Origin: Octopus bimaculoides
Lineage: Eukaryota
DNA: 64,000 nt
Reading direction: 5' to 3'
Assembly: GCF_001194135.2 (NCBI RefSeq)
Contig: NC_068990.1
Span: 72,968,220 to 73,032,219 of the forward strand
Shown: in pieces, positions 40,731-54,743 of the stretch
How the letters are laid out: every line of letters starts with the position of its first letter
How positions within the stretch are numbered: position 1 is the stretch's first letter
Notes under the pieces: model-generated
Told to the model about the DNA's origin: nothing
The model's database searches: none
The model's input: only the letters and a program-made list of their open reading frames with translations
Translations under genes and position numbers: made by a program

Positions 40731-41853
40731 TTAATCTGGAGTTCGGAATACAAATTAATGCACGAATTTGAAATTTGCAGGTTTTAATCAAGATTACTTT
40801 AAAACAGAATGTTTGTATCACAGAATGAGGAAGAATCTCAGGCAGGTTGGCATCAAAATGATTAATAAATGTAAATAAATTTGATATAGAACAACTTAGG
40901 TAAATAACCTAATGAAAAAAAATCTTGCTAATATGTCAGGTGCATCTGCTCTAAATTCACTATAATTTTCCATGTAGAAGACTATTTGAAAACTGCCATG
41001 AGAGTCAATATTGGAGATGACACTAATATGTTTTATGATTAATGTCTTGTAGATACTTAACTCTTTTGAAAAATATACTTATTTCAAAAGCATTTTCACA
41101 TTATGTTCTCCCTGCAGGTAAACAAACTTTGATTAAAACAAACCTAAGTAAATGTACAAGAATATTTGAGCCTCGCTCATTTTCCTTTTCTTCTTCTTCT
41201 TTTTTTTTTTTTTTTTTTTTTTTGGTTTCTAAGCTCTTACACAAGAAAGCTTTCTTTAATCATCATCAGCATTACATTAAATTAACAAAACAAGATAATC
41301 CTGAGAGTAATTTTAAATTCAGATCACAAAGGGGTTTTGTAATCTAGAATTGGCACTAAAATGAATCAAGTATTGATATTCTATTCATCATTCTAGTTTC
41401 ATATTTTCCACTGATTCTATTCTTTTGAATTACCATCTATTTATAAAACTCTGTTATAGCCTTCAACATATTAAGTTTATCTAAAACTTTTATATACATA
41501 TATATATATATATATACACACACGCACACACATATATATATACACATGTGTGTGTGTGTGTGTGTGTGAGTGTCATCACTTTTATGTCCATTTTTCTATG
41601 CTAACATGGGTTATGCAAAACTTGTTGAAGCAGATTTTCTGCAGCCAGACATTTTTTTCTGTTACCAACTCATAACTGTTTTTCATGTGAGGTATTTTCA
41701 TTCCTTCATTCCACCAATCCTCACATGCAGAAAACAAATCAAGCTACTATAACTACAAGAGAAAATGAATAGCACCACCTTTGCTCAAGTTGTGTTAATG
41801 AACTCATGCAGAAATGACAACCCCACATGCATGTGCTAACACATAAATTTACG

Positions 41854-41914
<61 letters not shown>

Positions 41915-42094
41915 GCATACCATGTGCAAGTGTCTTCTGCATGTGGCCTTGGAGACCAAACCCTAAACCACATGATTATAAACTTTGTAATTGCAAAGCC
42001 ATGCATACATGTTATATATCGAACAAGGATTGAAGCTGAAATTAAGGAATAAGTATAAGTGTATGTCTATACATATGTATATATCATCAAATCA

Positions 42095-42470
42095 ATGTCC
42101 ATTTTATGTCCACTTTCTATGCTGGCATGGGTTGGATGAGTCATTGCTGCTCCTTTAATTTGGATCGCATCACATTCTTAAGTTTCATGTTTGACACACA
42201 AACACACAAATATCATCATCATCATTTAACATCACACAAACATCATCATCATCATTTAACATCTGTTTTCCATGCCAGCATGGGTTGGATGGCTTGACAG
42301 GTCAAGGGCTGCACCAAGTTCCATAGTCTGTTTTGGCTTGGTTTCCACAACTGGATACCCTTCCTAATGCAAATCACTCCACAGAGTGTACTGAGTGCTT
42401 TTTATGTGGCACCATCACAAATGTTTTTTTTCAGTGGCACCAGTATCAGAGCTTTTTACATGGCACCTTG
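42095..42470 (-). mobile_element. Tail repeat D with partial tandem duplication of its 3' end
   Basis: catcatcatcatttaacatc occurs twice; full D body at 42240-42470. Confidence 0.75.
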
Positions 42471-42786
42471 GTTTTAGGATTTCAATTCTGTTGTAGTGGG
42501 CGGGTACACATACTTATTTATGTTAGCATTGTCCCTCTAACATATAACAGACTATGAGCTTATACACAATAAATAAATAATTTTTATCTATTGATATGTT
42601 ATTAAAATAGAATACAGGTTTTGATAAACTGTTGACAATAATTATTATTTTTATTCATATATTTTTAACTACAGCTCCAGAATGGAAGTGTTGCTCTTAA
42701 CCAATAGAGGTATTATACATGTAAAGAAGGTCTGGTGGAGTTTATTATTCAATAATTGCTTTCAAAATATTGAACATGATTTTCAG

Positions 42787-42915
42787 ACATAACAGAGGGC
42801 TGCAGAACAATGATGCAGTTGAAGAACTCTTCCACATTTTTGGCACAGAAAGACATAGTGAATGGCAAGTAGGCAGGTACAGTAAGTAGTTTTAAGAAGG
42901 GTTGGGACAGAGCCA
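42787..42915 (+). mobile_element. CR1/L2-type LINE 3' coding fragment
   Basis: AGTVSSFKKGWDR at 42873-42911 resembles the CR1 C-terminal AxSVNSFKxRLD motif; weak upstream similarity. Confidence 0.45.
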
Positions 42916-44535
42916 GCAAGTCTAGAAGAGTAGAGGCTAATGGCTATTTTATGACAGTAGATGCAAATCTTAAAAATATTTAATCATAGTGAACTGTAAG
43001 AATTTAAGCTGAGATTTCATATGATGACATTTTCAAGAAAATGCATTATAATTTCATACCTGTATTCCATTAATATTATAACTGTCAAGTTTGGACATTG
43101 ACCTAATAAAAGCAATGACTTAAAACTTAAATGAATGTTTTTTATTTTATTTTATTTCATTTCATTTTATTTCATTTATTTATTCATTTATTTTTCCATT
43201 TCTCAAGTGACCAACTTGTATTTCTTTAAATTGTCAAATAACATTTCCAAACATCAGAAACTTGTTCAGTTTTCTAGATTACTTGCTGAAAAAGAACATG
43301 AGGGAAATACTTAAGATGTCGATTTTATTTACATCACTTTTATACACTAATTTCCATGGAGCTTACTAAATACAAAATTTTAAAAAATTACACTCTAATA
43401 CCCATTTTCTATGCCTTCTAAACTAAATCAAATATGTAACCACCTAATGAAGTTGAAGTATTTTTGAATTTTTTTTTTTTTTTTTTTTCTAAATATAAAC
43501 TCCTAAATTCTAACACTTAACAGAGATATTTTTAGATCAAAAAATGTAAATGCAAAATCTGCATTCTGGATTGCAATGTGCAGTCAGAAGAAAAAAAACC
43601 GCATAACTGTGTCTCTGCATGAATAAACCTACCTAGCAAGAATAAAGATATAAAATCAAGGTTCGCAGGTTCACATTAACAAGTGCATCCAGTTATAAAA
43701 CAGATGTTGAAGTGATTAATACATATGCTAACTTTCTGCAGAAGCATGTTTCACATCAATACAAAAAAACCACCAAGAGAAAAATGGAGAGAGAAAGAAG
43801 TGGGGTGGGCAACAAAACATAACAAGAAAAGGGTTGGAAAGTTGGAAATTCAGAAAATAATTCCAGTTAAATGGACATTAACTAGAATAAAACACCCCAC
43901 CAAAAAAAAAAAAAGAAAAAAAAAGAGAAAATATTCAAAACTAGTACTATGATACATTAAAAGAACGCTTATCATCTTTTATGCTTTCTTCCACAGATAT
44001 ATGACGTTATTTTACATCATTAAATATGTGTATGATGCCAAATGGCTTAGCCTTTAATCTTTAGTATTTCTTTTTTTTTTTTTTTTTTTGTAGGGTGCTT
44101 GTAGAGTATGGTATAAGTATAACATGCATGGCAAGGCATGGAATGGAATGGAATGCTTAGGTAGTTTCATTTAGTACAACTTTTAATCTTTTCTTGCGGA
44201 GAGCTAAGATTCTTGAATATAAAGACAGAGTTAGTTTACATGGTGCAGCACCCATTTTGCCAGTTTATCATGAGAGTGTGGAAGTACAGGAGTATAAAAC
44301 AAAGGCTGAGAGTAAAGAAGATATATATCTTAGTAGAGTATTATCAGGAAAGCTATAAATACTAGGGGTTAAGTTTTAGATGTATTAGCTCCTACAAGAT
44401 GTAATTAGCTAATGACTATTAAGTGGTAATTAGGATGTCATTGTTTTAGTAATGATTGACTGAGATATAGGTTAGTTATAAGGAAAGTGTTTTTTTTTAA
44501 ACAAAAATTCCTTCTAAAATTCAGTAAATACAATC

Positions 44536-44702
44536 AGGTGCAGCAATGGCTGTGTGCTAAGAAGTGTGCTTCCCAAACACATAGTTTTAAGTTCAGTCCC
44601 ACTAAGTGGTACCTTGGGTAAGTGTGTTTGTTATACTATACCCCCGGTCTGACCAAAGCTTGTTGAGTAAATTTGATGGTAGACAGAAACTGAAAGAAAC
44701 CC

Positions 44703-44706
<4 letters not shown>
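44536..44706 (+). mobile_element. SINE family A, 5' half
   Basis: Head and core followed by (TG)n. Confidence 0.8.
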
Positions 44707-44747
<41 letters not shown>

Positions 44748-44759
44748 CTTGCTTTGACA

Positions 44760-44985
44760 TTGCACGATGCTTGCAAATGAATGTCACCATTATTCAATCA
44801 GTGTTCTTTTCTTTCCTATCTTCCACAAAAATATGTCAGGTCATTACTTTACTTGGAATCAGTTTAACAACAGGGAGGGCATCTAGCCACAGAAAAATCC
44901 AATCCGCCTCAGCAAATTGTCTGACCCATCCATGCATGGAAAAGTGGATGCTAAAACAACAATGACGACGACGATGATGATGAGG
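44760..44985 (+). mobile_element. Tail repeat D variant
   Basis: ggagggcatctagccacagaaaa...catccatgcatggaaaagtggatgctaaaac followed by (GAC/GAT)n. Confidence 0.65.
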
Positions 44986-45824
44986 AGGAGGATATCAGTA
45001 AAGTAGCAAGACTGGATGCAGTAATAACAGTTAGATAACAATAAAAGAAGGAGAGCTTTATTTTGCAAGTCTCACAATGATGATGTGCAAAGATATGTTT
45101 TACATTTCTTTTTTAATGGTTTGATCAGGAGGAAAAGGAATTGTTCCCATGTCAATTCCAGACCCATCAAAACTGGGGAGATCAAAGATAAAAATTATTC
45201 CAATAACCAATATTTATCAGTGTGGAGAAGTTATAATCAAATATTGCAGTCCATTCATTCATAAGACAGTTCCAACAAAACAGAGAGCAATACAGTGAGA
45301 AAATACTGATGAAAACACTTTTTTTTTAAATGAAAAGAACAAAAACAAAAACAGATTTAATGGCAAGATTTGTATGTGATTGATAAGAATATTTAACTGG
45401 ATAAAGAGAAGTGCGTCATGTTTTCAAATGAGGAGAGAAGTGTATAAAAGAATGAAGCTGTGTTGAATATCTTATTGGCTATAGGTCTATAATAATTTCT
45501 ATCATAGGCATAAAGACAGAAATTTGAGGAGAACAGATAATGATATTGAACTCCAGTGCTTGACTACTGTTCTATTTCAATGACCCTAGAAGGATGCAAA
45601 GACAAATTATCCTCAATTATTCTTAGTGGGATTTGATCACCGTACTGCTTGCTGATTTGTCAGAACTATCTTATGAATGAATGTGTAACAATATTTACAT
45701 AAACTTAAAAGTATGCATACTTTTCCATTCTACCACATCTGATGATTGCTAAATTTACCTCTCCCTTTTTTGGCATGAAACCATTTGGTAGCAACTATAA
45801 TTAGCTGTCATGAAACTATAACCT

Positions 45825-48008
45825 TCTTATATAAAATAGATGTGTGTGTGTGTGTGTGTGTATTTGCTTTCCACATGCAAACAGTTGTGCGAATTGCTTC
45901 CCTACTTGGGATGCATGAATAATTTGACCTCAGATACATAATAGGGTCTTCAGTTTATTTCTTTTTTAAAAATAAATAATATTGCTTTATGTATATGATT
46001 CACTTCTTTAAAAAGGTTTCTCAATTTCAACCTCCGGTATTGACGTAGCAATGACAAAATTTTCCGTTTTCATTTGCAAAGTCTCTCACTCTCTATTTTA
46101 ATGTTTTCGTTTCAAGTTTTAATTTGCTATTTGCAAACAACTACGATAAATTACTGAAAGAAATATTTACTAAGCTCACAAATTTAAATATTAAGTACAA
46201 GATAGTTTTTAACGAGCTTTTATTTATATGATTTTTTCATTTCATGTTTATTTCATTCATTGTTGGCAATGTTCTCTCTCCCTCTCTCTCTCTCTCACAC
46301 ACACACGTCAGTCACATACGCACATGTGTTTTTGTATGTACATTTGTATACATTTATGTATGTATGTTTGTGAGAGAGTCAGTCAAGGGGTGTGTTGTCA
46401 TCTTTTTTTGTATGTGTGTGTGTGTATGAGTGTGTGTAAGACACAGAGAGAGTGATGTCTAAGTGGCACTCACTCTCACACATATACACACATACATATA
46501 TACAAAAAAGATGTATGCATATTTATGTATGTACATATACATGACAACACACCCCTTCTCTATCTCACACACACACACACACATCCATTTCATCTGATGC
46601 TTGATACTGTATGTATGTGTGTGTGTGTGTATGTGCGCACGTGTGGGGCATTCCACAATCATCATTTATTTCAATCACTCTTGTGAAGATATTCCCATTT
46701 AATATTCCCATTTCATCCCCATTTTAATTTTCAAAAAAGTTTCCGAGAACAATGTTCTCACTCTCTACAAAATGAGAAGGGGTAGATGCAGATGATCAGT
46801 ATTCTACAGTGAAGCAAAGACGAGTACAGGTAGCCAGAGTCAATGTTGAATTCTGTAACTCTGTTAACTCTATTAAGTATGTTTGTAAATATATAAACAA
46901 AGATTTAGATGTTGCAACATACACTCATATACAGAATGGCAGTCCGCAGATGAATAAAAATGACAGGATGCACAGAATGACAGAGGAAGATATATCAGTG
47001 CCAATGAGGCTTTTTTGGTGTTGGTGCATCTTCAATTTTCCCATTCATGAGAGGCACTCAGCCATCATTCATATGAGTGTCCATCTAGAGAATGGCCACA
47101 GGATTATCTTTACAAAACAAACAGTCTTGCAACAAGCACTTCCTTCAAAAGAAACTACCCTTACTTCCTTTTTTAAGTTGTGTCAAGTACATGAAAATGC
47201 AAGAAAACTCCTTTACCCACAATAGATGGCACAAGAGAAAATAGGCTGACGNNNNNNNNNNAGCAGTATGTGGTCCCAAATCATTTTTTGCATGCAGGAT
47301 GTGGTCCCAAATCATTCCAAGAACTGAGGAGGGTAAATGGTCATGTGTGTGTGAAACTTATAGGGAAGCATGCTATCAACAAGGTTCTTTAGAAAATGAT
47401 GAGCATTGGGACTTTGCATTGACTGAAGCATCAGTATCAGATTCTCCAAGGAAACTCCGTAAGCTTTTTGCAATTATACTGAACATGTGTCAACCTGGAA
47501 GTCCCCTACAGCTTTGGATGAAACAGTGTGAGGACATGGTTGAGGACTTAAAGTATGCAGTTCAACAGGCAAACCCAGATATCAATATACAGTTCTCTGA
47601 AACAATTTTTAACCAAGCACTGATTAAAACTGAGGATTAAGTTTTGGCCATGGTAGGCAAAAATTTGCAAGTGTCTGGCTCTGGACTACCAAAAACAAAC
47701 TGTCAAATTAGTGATTTAACTTCAAGAGACATAGCAAGAGAGACAAATTATGACATCACAGATTTGGCTGCATTTGTGAATGAACATGAACCTAAACTTC
47801 TTCCAGAGCAACACTGTGCATATGATCAAATTTTTCATTTTTTTATCATCATTATTATTCTTTTTGTATTATGAATTTAGAACTGATTTCCCAATTGAAA
47901 AATAAACTGAATTTAGAATAATAGATTACTAAACAACATATTTTTCTTTTTCCTTCCAATATATAAGGAACAATTTCATTTCTAGGCAACACCAGGTGCC
48001 TTTGCTAG
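45825..48008 (+). mobile_element. Internally deleted Helitron (rolling-circle transposon) with RepHel remnants
   Basis: 5' TC-TTATATAAAATAGA followed by (TG)n, a typical Helitron 5' layout. 3' end tctaggcaacaccaggtgcctttgCTAG|t is a CpG-decayed subterminal hairpin plus CTAG at 48005-48008 followed by T. RepHel peptide remnants lie inside. The A expected just before the 5' TC is absent, so the 5' boundary is less certain. Confidence 0.8.
46809..47830 (+). pseudogene. Helitron RepHel pseudogene fragment (end of Rep domain and linker; helicase core missing)
   Basis: ORFs read ARVNVEFCNSVNSIKYVCKYINK, FNFPIHERHSAIIHMSVHLENGHRIIF, TTLTSFFKLCQ, TYREACYQQGSLENDEHWDFALTEA, SPRKLRKLFAIIL and LLPEQHCAYDQI, all matching conserved Helitron RepHel motifs. 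Frameshifts, an in-frame TAA at 47638-47640, a 10-N gap, and no GxxGxGKT Walker A downstream. Confidence 0.9.
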
Positions 48009-49531
48009 TATTATATAAATATAAATAAAAGCAATAGTAATAGTAAGAATAACATCAATCCTACAAGTCAATAAGGAAGTTTCTACATGATTGCTCAATC
48101 AGTTAACAATAGAAACTAAACGAATCTCAAATCACACTCTATCGTCATAAAAAAAATTTTTTTTAGAGGATAATGTATTTTACAACAAAAACAAAAAAAA
48201 AATACAAAGGATGATATAGTCATAGCAGGAACATCTGATCATACATAAGTCTACCAAATCAGAGCATACTGGGAGCTAAACAACAATAAACTTTTCCACA
48301 GAGAGTCATTTAACATTATTTTCAGCCAAAGAATTAGCAATTGTGTGATAGAAATGTTGGTGTTGATTCTAAGTTTCTAAGTATCATGCAAGAAAACAAA
48401 AACCAGATTATGCATATCGAATGAAACTGCAGTGTATCTATATCAGTTGTGAATTACTGATTTCATTTTACATGAATTTTTTACATACATTCTTTTCTGT
48501 TCTCTTTGTTGTATTTGCATGATCACAACTCAAAATATCTACAGTTTTTTTACCAAACAACTGTCTTGATGTTACATGTATCGATTTAATCAGTTTGGTC
48601 GACATCAGGTCAAATTTCAACCAAACGATGTTGCGAGTAATCTTTTCAAAGAGAAACCCACAACACTGAATATTGTAAAGTGAACAACAGAACCAGTCTT
48701 TCGCTGTTATAATATCGCATGATTGAGCAACCAATCAGTTAAAGATCTTTCACAAAAGAGACTCGGTAATGAAAACTATAACAAGGTCAAACCACCTAGT
48801 CTCTGAGATATGATGGATGCTTTAAATCTGTAGCCAAATACTGGAACAGTGTAGATAAATTTCTCATTTAGATTACATCAGATTTCTATGTTCAACAATC
48901 ACACAATATTATCACAACAGAAATGATCATTTAAAATAAAATCTTGATTCAATTTGATACTCGATCAGAAGGTAGTAGATTTAATCCTCTTCCTGGTTAA
49001 ACACTACCATATGGCTCTTGAGTACCTTTAGCAGAGTTTACCCAATTGCAAGGATTAGGACCAGCTCTCCAGTTTGAGGATATCTTCTTTCTTCTCTCAC
49101 ACTAGTGTCAGATGCCTTAGTATGGTCTTGGGTCATTGACCTTTCATTCAGTTTAACACCATCACCAGGCCCTTGGGTGTTCTCTGCAGAGTCCATTCTG
49201 TTGTAAGTAATCAGGCGAGGTCTCAAATTTGAAAATAACTTCCTCCTTTCTTCCCACCAGTCTTGGACATAGTGTTATTGGTAGGCTTCAGAAGACCACA
49301 GTTATGTATGAAACCAATGTATGCATAACATATTCATGCATATACAAACTGAACTATACTGAAGCATAACGGACCTGACATCTCAGATGAGCTGAGGTCA
49401 AATAAACACATAGAAAATTATATATTACAGATTTGACCACTGATCAGATGAAGAAAGGACAATGATATTGCTATTGCTAATTATAATTGATCCTGTGAAG
49501 ATAGAAAAGAATGCATACACACACGAATGCT

Positions 49532-49779
49532 AGAATGTATAAATGATATTTTCAAATCAAATAAAGTCCCAGTTTTAACCCATTCTCAACAAGCAAAAAG
49601 ATTTTGGCATATTTTACAATTAAGAAATAAATGTGTTTGTGATTGTACATCATTCTTGTGAGGTACAATCACAAACATTTTTATTTCTTAATTGTAAAAT
49701 ATGCCAAGATCTTTGTAGTTGATAAGACTGGGTTCAAACTGGGACTCTATTTGATTTGAGAATATCATCTATACATTCT
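49532..49779. repeat. Long palindrome (117-bp arms, 14-nt spacer)
   Basis: Left arm 49532-49648 vs reverse complement of 49663-49779: ungapped, 13 mismatches in 117. Confidence 0.95.
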
Positions 49780-50080
49780 TGTAATGTGTACAATACTGTA
49801 TTCAATGGTAGAGCAATTTCAATGATGTACACACATTGTCAGAAGTGATTTAAAACATGCAGGGAATGGTATACTTCAATGTTTAATCATTTCAGTTTCA
49901 GGACTTAAAAGTGGAAAAAATAGCATTTCTTTTGGCAATACAACTTCAGTATCACTACACCTGCAGCACAATGAGAAATACAAGGGTTGAGGTAGAGTAC
50001 AAGGAACCCAGCAAAAAGCAAAGAAGAAAGAAAAAAAAAATTACACACACAGCCAAAAATTAGAAATTTAAACCTAAAAG

Positions 50081-50283
50081 ACATAGGCATGGCTGTGCGG
50101 TAAGAAGCTTGTTTCCCAACCACATGGTTCTGTTTTCAGTCTGACTGCTTGGTATCTTTGGCACGTGTCTTCTACTCAAACCTCAGGCCAACCAAAGCCT
50201 TGTGAGTGGATTTAGTAGACAGAAACTGAAAGAAACTCTTTGTGTGTATGTGTATGTACATATTTATATATATATATAATTAA

Positions 50284-50330
<47 letters not shown>

Positions 50331-50548
50331 TCCCCCAAAAAACCACATGTAGTTACATTTATATATATATATATGAGTGTGTGTATGTGTGTACCTTTGT
50401 GTCCCCAACACAGTTTGACAACAGGTGTTGGTGTGTTTACATCCCCATAACTAAGCAGATCAGCGAAAGGTATCCATAGAATAAATAAAAGACTAAAAAA
50501 ATTGAGTACTGAGGTCGATTCATTTGAATAGAAATTCTTCAAAGTGGT
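50081..50548 (+). mobile_element. SINE family A, near full length
   Basis: Head, core, (TA)n and most of the tail. Confidence 0.85.
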
Positions 50549-50648
50549 AAAAGAAACAAAAAGCTTGATAGTAAACTAAACAAACTACATTATCAGATAT
50601 ATTTTGAAAACCCAGTATAATGCTTTTTTTTTTTTTTTACCATTCTAG

Positions 50649-50711
50649 TAAAGTTAAAAGTTAAAAGTTAAAAGTTAAAAGTTAAAAGTAAAGTTAAAGT
50701 TAAAGTTAAAA
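50649..50711. repeat. (AAAAGTT)n changing to (AAAGTT)n tandem repeat
   Basis: About five 7-mers then three to four 6-mers. Confidence 0.9.
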
Positions 50712-50714
50712 GGT

Positions 50715-50894
50715 CTGAAGGGGTTTAGTCAATTTCATCAACCCTTGGGCTTGACTGATACTTTATTTTATTAACCTAAAAGGAATGGCAAAGTTGACTA
50801 TGGCAGAGTTTGAACTCAAAACATAAAGAGTTGGAAGAATTGCCATTAAGCATTATATCTGATGCACTCATGATTCTGCCAGCTCACCCACCTT
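50715..50894 (-). mobile_element. SINE family B
   Basis: ggcaaagttgactatggcagagtttgaactcaaaac...attctgccagctcacccacctt. Confidence 0.75.
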
Positions 50895-52846
50895 AACTGC
50901 AAAAAACCACATTAGCAGGTACCATATTTTGAAAAACACTGATAATAATCTATGTGAACGCTGTGATGGAAAATGAAACTGAACCTGAGCAATGCAATTA
51001 ACGGTTGGTGTGTGTATGATTAATATTCATATAAATAGATGAGGTTAAATATAACAAAATTAAAAAGAAAGGTATATTAAATATACATCAACAAACATTT
51101 AATCAGCCATATAAATTTTACATTTTACAGCAGATATCTATTTTATGGTACATGTGAATCACAAAGAGTTCGTATTTTTTAAAAAATATATATATTATTC
51201 ACTAATTAGTTTAATGAATCCTTTTTGATTAAAAATTAATGATTAATTAAAAGTAAATTTTGGGAAAGTAAGGATCAGTTTCTCCGACCCTACTCTCTTA
51301 ATACAAACATTGTACTTGATATTTGCAGTTAAAGTATACTTATTCTATAAATTCATTGTCCTCATATGTAGACATTAACTAATATATGTATGGCAAGTAA
51401 ATATAGATCTCTTAAAGATAAGCATCAGCTCTTTGAATTTTTTTTTTTAAGAAACTAATGAAGTATAAGTAAAATTACTTTTCACAAATTCATGTCAAAA
51501 ATATTTTCAAAACCTTATAATTAAAATTTTTTTGATACATAAAAGTTGTGAAGAGCAAATTGAAACATCACGTTGTAATAAAACAGTATAGAGATAATCA
51601 GCTTTAATTCTATAAGGTATAAAATTAATGATTAAAGTTATAGTTCAAACAACTTTTATTAAAGATACCTTCTCATTAGAAACACCCATTAGACAATATA
51701 ATTACAGCATGTCCTTGATTAGGAAAAAAAATTGATTATTGCATATTTCATTTTGGTTTGTTGTTTGTCTCACAAACGAAAATATTGTGAGTTTATTATT
51801 TTTTCATTTACAATATCCGAATGAGTCAAGAAATAAAAATTATTCAATTAACAATTCAAACAAAGTGCTGAATTTCCAATTACATTATTGATAACAAATC
51901 AATAAATAGTTTTAAAATTAAACAAAAAACAAAACCAGAAGAGATTTAATTTACATGTAAAATAAAATAAAATATTACAATTCGTAGAATGATTTCAATA
52001 AGTAACAGTTTAATACTGATTGATGTTGATGATATAGTCACCTGTAAATATTAAAAATGGTATGAATTGACAGAGATGGATACAAATATATTTCTTCAGC
52101 TTCTCCATAGTTGTAATATGTTAAAATGTAATTTATTCTTTATTTTTAATATTCATATGAAATTGAAAGCTAAGTGAAACAATGGGAAAGAAAAGGAACT
52201 CTATTAAAGAAAGAAATCTATCAAAGGAAGTTTGAAAGACTTAATCTCATAAGAATGATTATGTTGTGAATTTTCACTTGTAAGCACTTCCTTGGGTTTA
52301 TACCAACTCAAGGAATGTGCATATGGAAAACAAGACACCATACTGAAATGTGGTAGTTATAACAAACAGATTTTAATAAAATTTGTTTGATATCTAGTGC
52401 CACATATCAGAAATATAGAAAAGATAAACATCCATCTCCTTATGCTAAGAAAGATTTAATAGTTTCACAGGAAGAACAATTTTGAAATGCAACCACAGAC
52501 AATTTAATCAGGGATTTGAGAGACTGTAAACTAAAGGAATGAAGGTTTACAGAAACTCTATTCAGCTAAGTTGACAGCAGTTGAGAATATGAATTAAATC
52601 ACAAGCAGAAGATAAATGATGATTAAAAATTCAGATGAAACTGGATTACATAGAACAAGGCCTTCTCATTTGACAAATAACTTCAATATATGAATGGATC
52701 GCCTTATAGTGCTAAAAAAAAGTCACAGGGAAAGCATGTCAAATGAATCAAGTGCTAACCAGATGATGTTACAGACGAGTTATTATTTTAAATTATTGAT
52801 AAAGAAACAACTTGACTAATTAAATTCATCAAAATAATCTTTTTAA

Positions 52847-53066
52847 CATTTTAGCGTTCAGATTTCTCTGTCAAATGAAAAGCTTATTTATTCAGATTGA
52901 TATGAATTAGTGATGAATTACCTTGTAGCTTCAAGATTTCAATAATGTGATTGTTTATCTTTAGAATAATATTGTTGGGTAAGTGTTAGAGGCTGGATCT
53001 GGCTAGTTTGAAGATAATTCAGCTAGATTATTTTGGCTAGATATGGCCAGTTTAAATACTAAAGGG
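52847..53066 (-). mobile_element. piggyBac-type MITE, family 1 (opposite orientation)
   Basis: TTAA|cattttagcgttcaga ... gatatggccagtttaaatactaaaggg|TTAA; homologous to 6239-6457. Confidence 0.8.
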
Positions 53067-53257
53067 TTAAATGTAATTACGTCTGATGAGTAAAAGCTCC
53101 TATTTTTTCTTTGGTCAGGAGGAAGCGGCTACTCAATAGACAGTGAGATCAATGTGGTTAATGTTTCTCTTGAATAGTTGTACAGTTCTAGAGAGATTAC
53201 ATTACGTATAGGGATTTGTATGACACTTAAGGGTGTAAGTATAATATNNNNNNNNNN

Positions 53258-53295
<38 letters not shown>

Positions 53296-54519
53296 TGAGA
53301 GGAGGATGAGAGACAAGTGAGCTGGGAGGGCCTGATTGGAGTAGTACAAGGCCAACTAACTTCAAAGGAGAGGCCACAGTAGTAGATGTCGAAATAACAC
53401 AAAGCAAAGCAATACTTAAGTTTTTGCATAATAGTCTTGAAAAAGCCATGAATGTCACATAATCTCATTTTCTTTCTACTTATAAGATCTAAAGCCTCAT
53501 GCCTAATCAAGTCTTCATAATCACTATTAGTGCTATAATTACCACTATGATTACTATAACTTTGGGAAGACTGGAAATAAGAGAGTTAATAGAATAATAT
53601 AGTCAAACTCAAGAAGAACATACAGAATAGCATAGCAGCATCATATTTTTCAGGAGGAACTATTAAAACAATTATTTACATTTGGTAGAGATTCAAATGA
53701 CAATGCTTAATGACAATATGTTACTTATAATCCTACCAATTTTGTTAAATGTAGACTGTAATGTGCAATACCGCTGCAACAGAAATGAAGTATTCCAAGG
53801 TTAGAATTATCAAGTTTAGTGATGTGTATAAAAACAGACAAAACTATCAACTTTGATACATGGCAGAAATCAGAACGTTTCAAACTTAAAGAAAGTGAGA
53901 AATAAGAAAAACAAAACTTAGTTGCTACATCTATTTACTAAGCAGCCAACCAGAAAGCATATTTGAGGCAATAATATCTTTATTTGTACTTGTAATGTTG
54001 CATTTTCCTCTACCTGACAGCGTACGTATAATATTATTAATGTGTGTAATATTATTAATGGAACTTTACTCGTTGCAAGCAAGAGTTAAGCAGTTCACAT
54101 ATTCACTACTGGAGCAGATGGTTTCATGGTTGGTTTCTCTTCCTGAAGCCAATTACCCCACGATGGAAGAAAAAGGTGAAAAAAAAAAAAAGAAAGAAAG
54201 AAAGAAGAAAAAAGTGGATTTTCTTCAAGGAAGGTTAACTGAAGCAACAATGCAATGCTTGAGGTAAGGATTAATATTATCACTGGATCCTGTAAGGTTA
54301 AAAACCTGAGTTAATAATACTGATCTTGAATTCGCTTCTCGTCCATGTATACATGTACACATTTGAAGATAGTAAGGTAAACAAACTGAAATGTTACATT
54401 AAAAATACGTACGTCACACAAAAACCACAAGTATATAACATATATATATATCCAGGAAAACCTTTATTACTCAAAAGTATTCATGTTTCCACTGTACATA
54501 ATACAGTTTGAATAAAGAA

Positions 54520-54700
54520 TTTTCAAGATACTCACTATCACTTATCAAGACAGTTGTTTTTCAATCAAATGAAATCCATTTCTACTGTACGAATATCATG
54601 TTCATCTTCATTCTTCTTACATTTGTTTTCCCCATACTGAACAGAGTTGAATACCTGTGACATATGGTCTCTTTCTCTCTTTCTTACACACACACACACA

Positions 54701-54743
<43 letters not shown>

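Noticed and set aside
48468-48734. 88-aa minus-strand ORF in a slightly CpG-richer stretch
   Set aside because: No domain, no clear splice signals, no codon-like pattern recognised.
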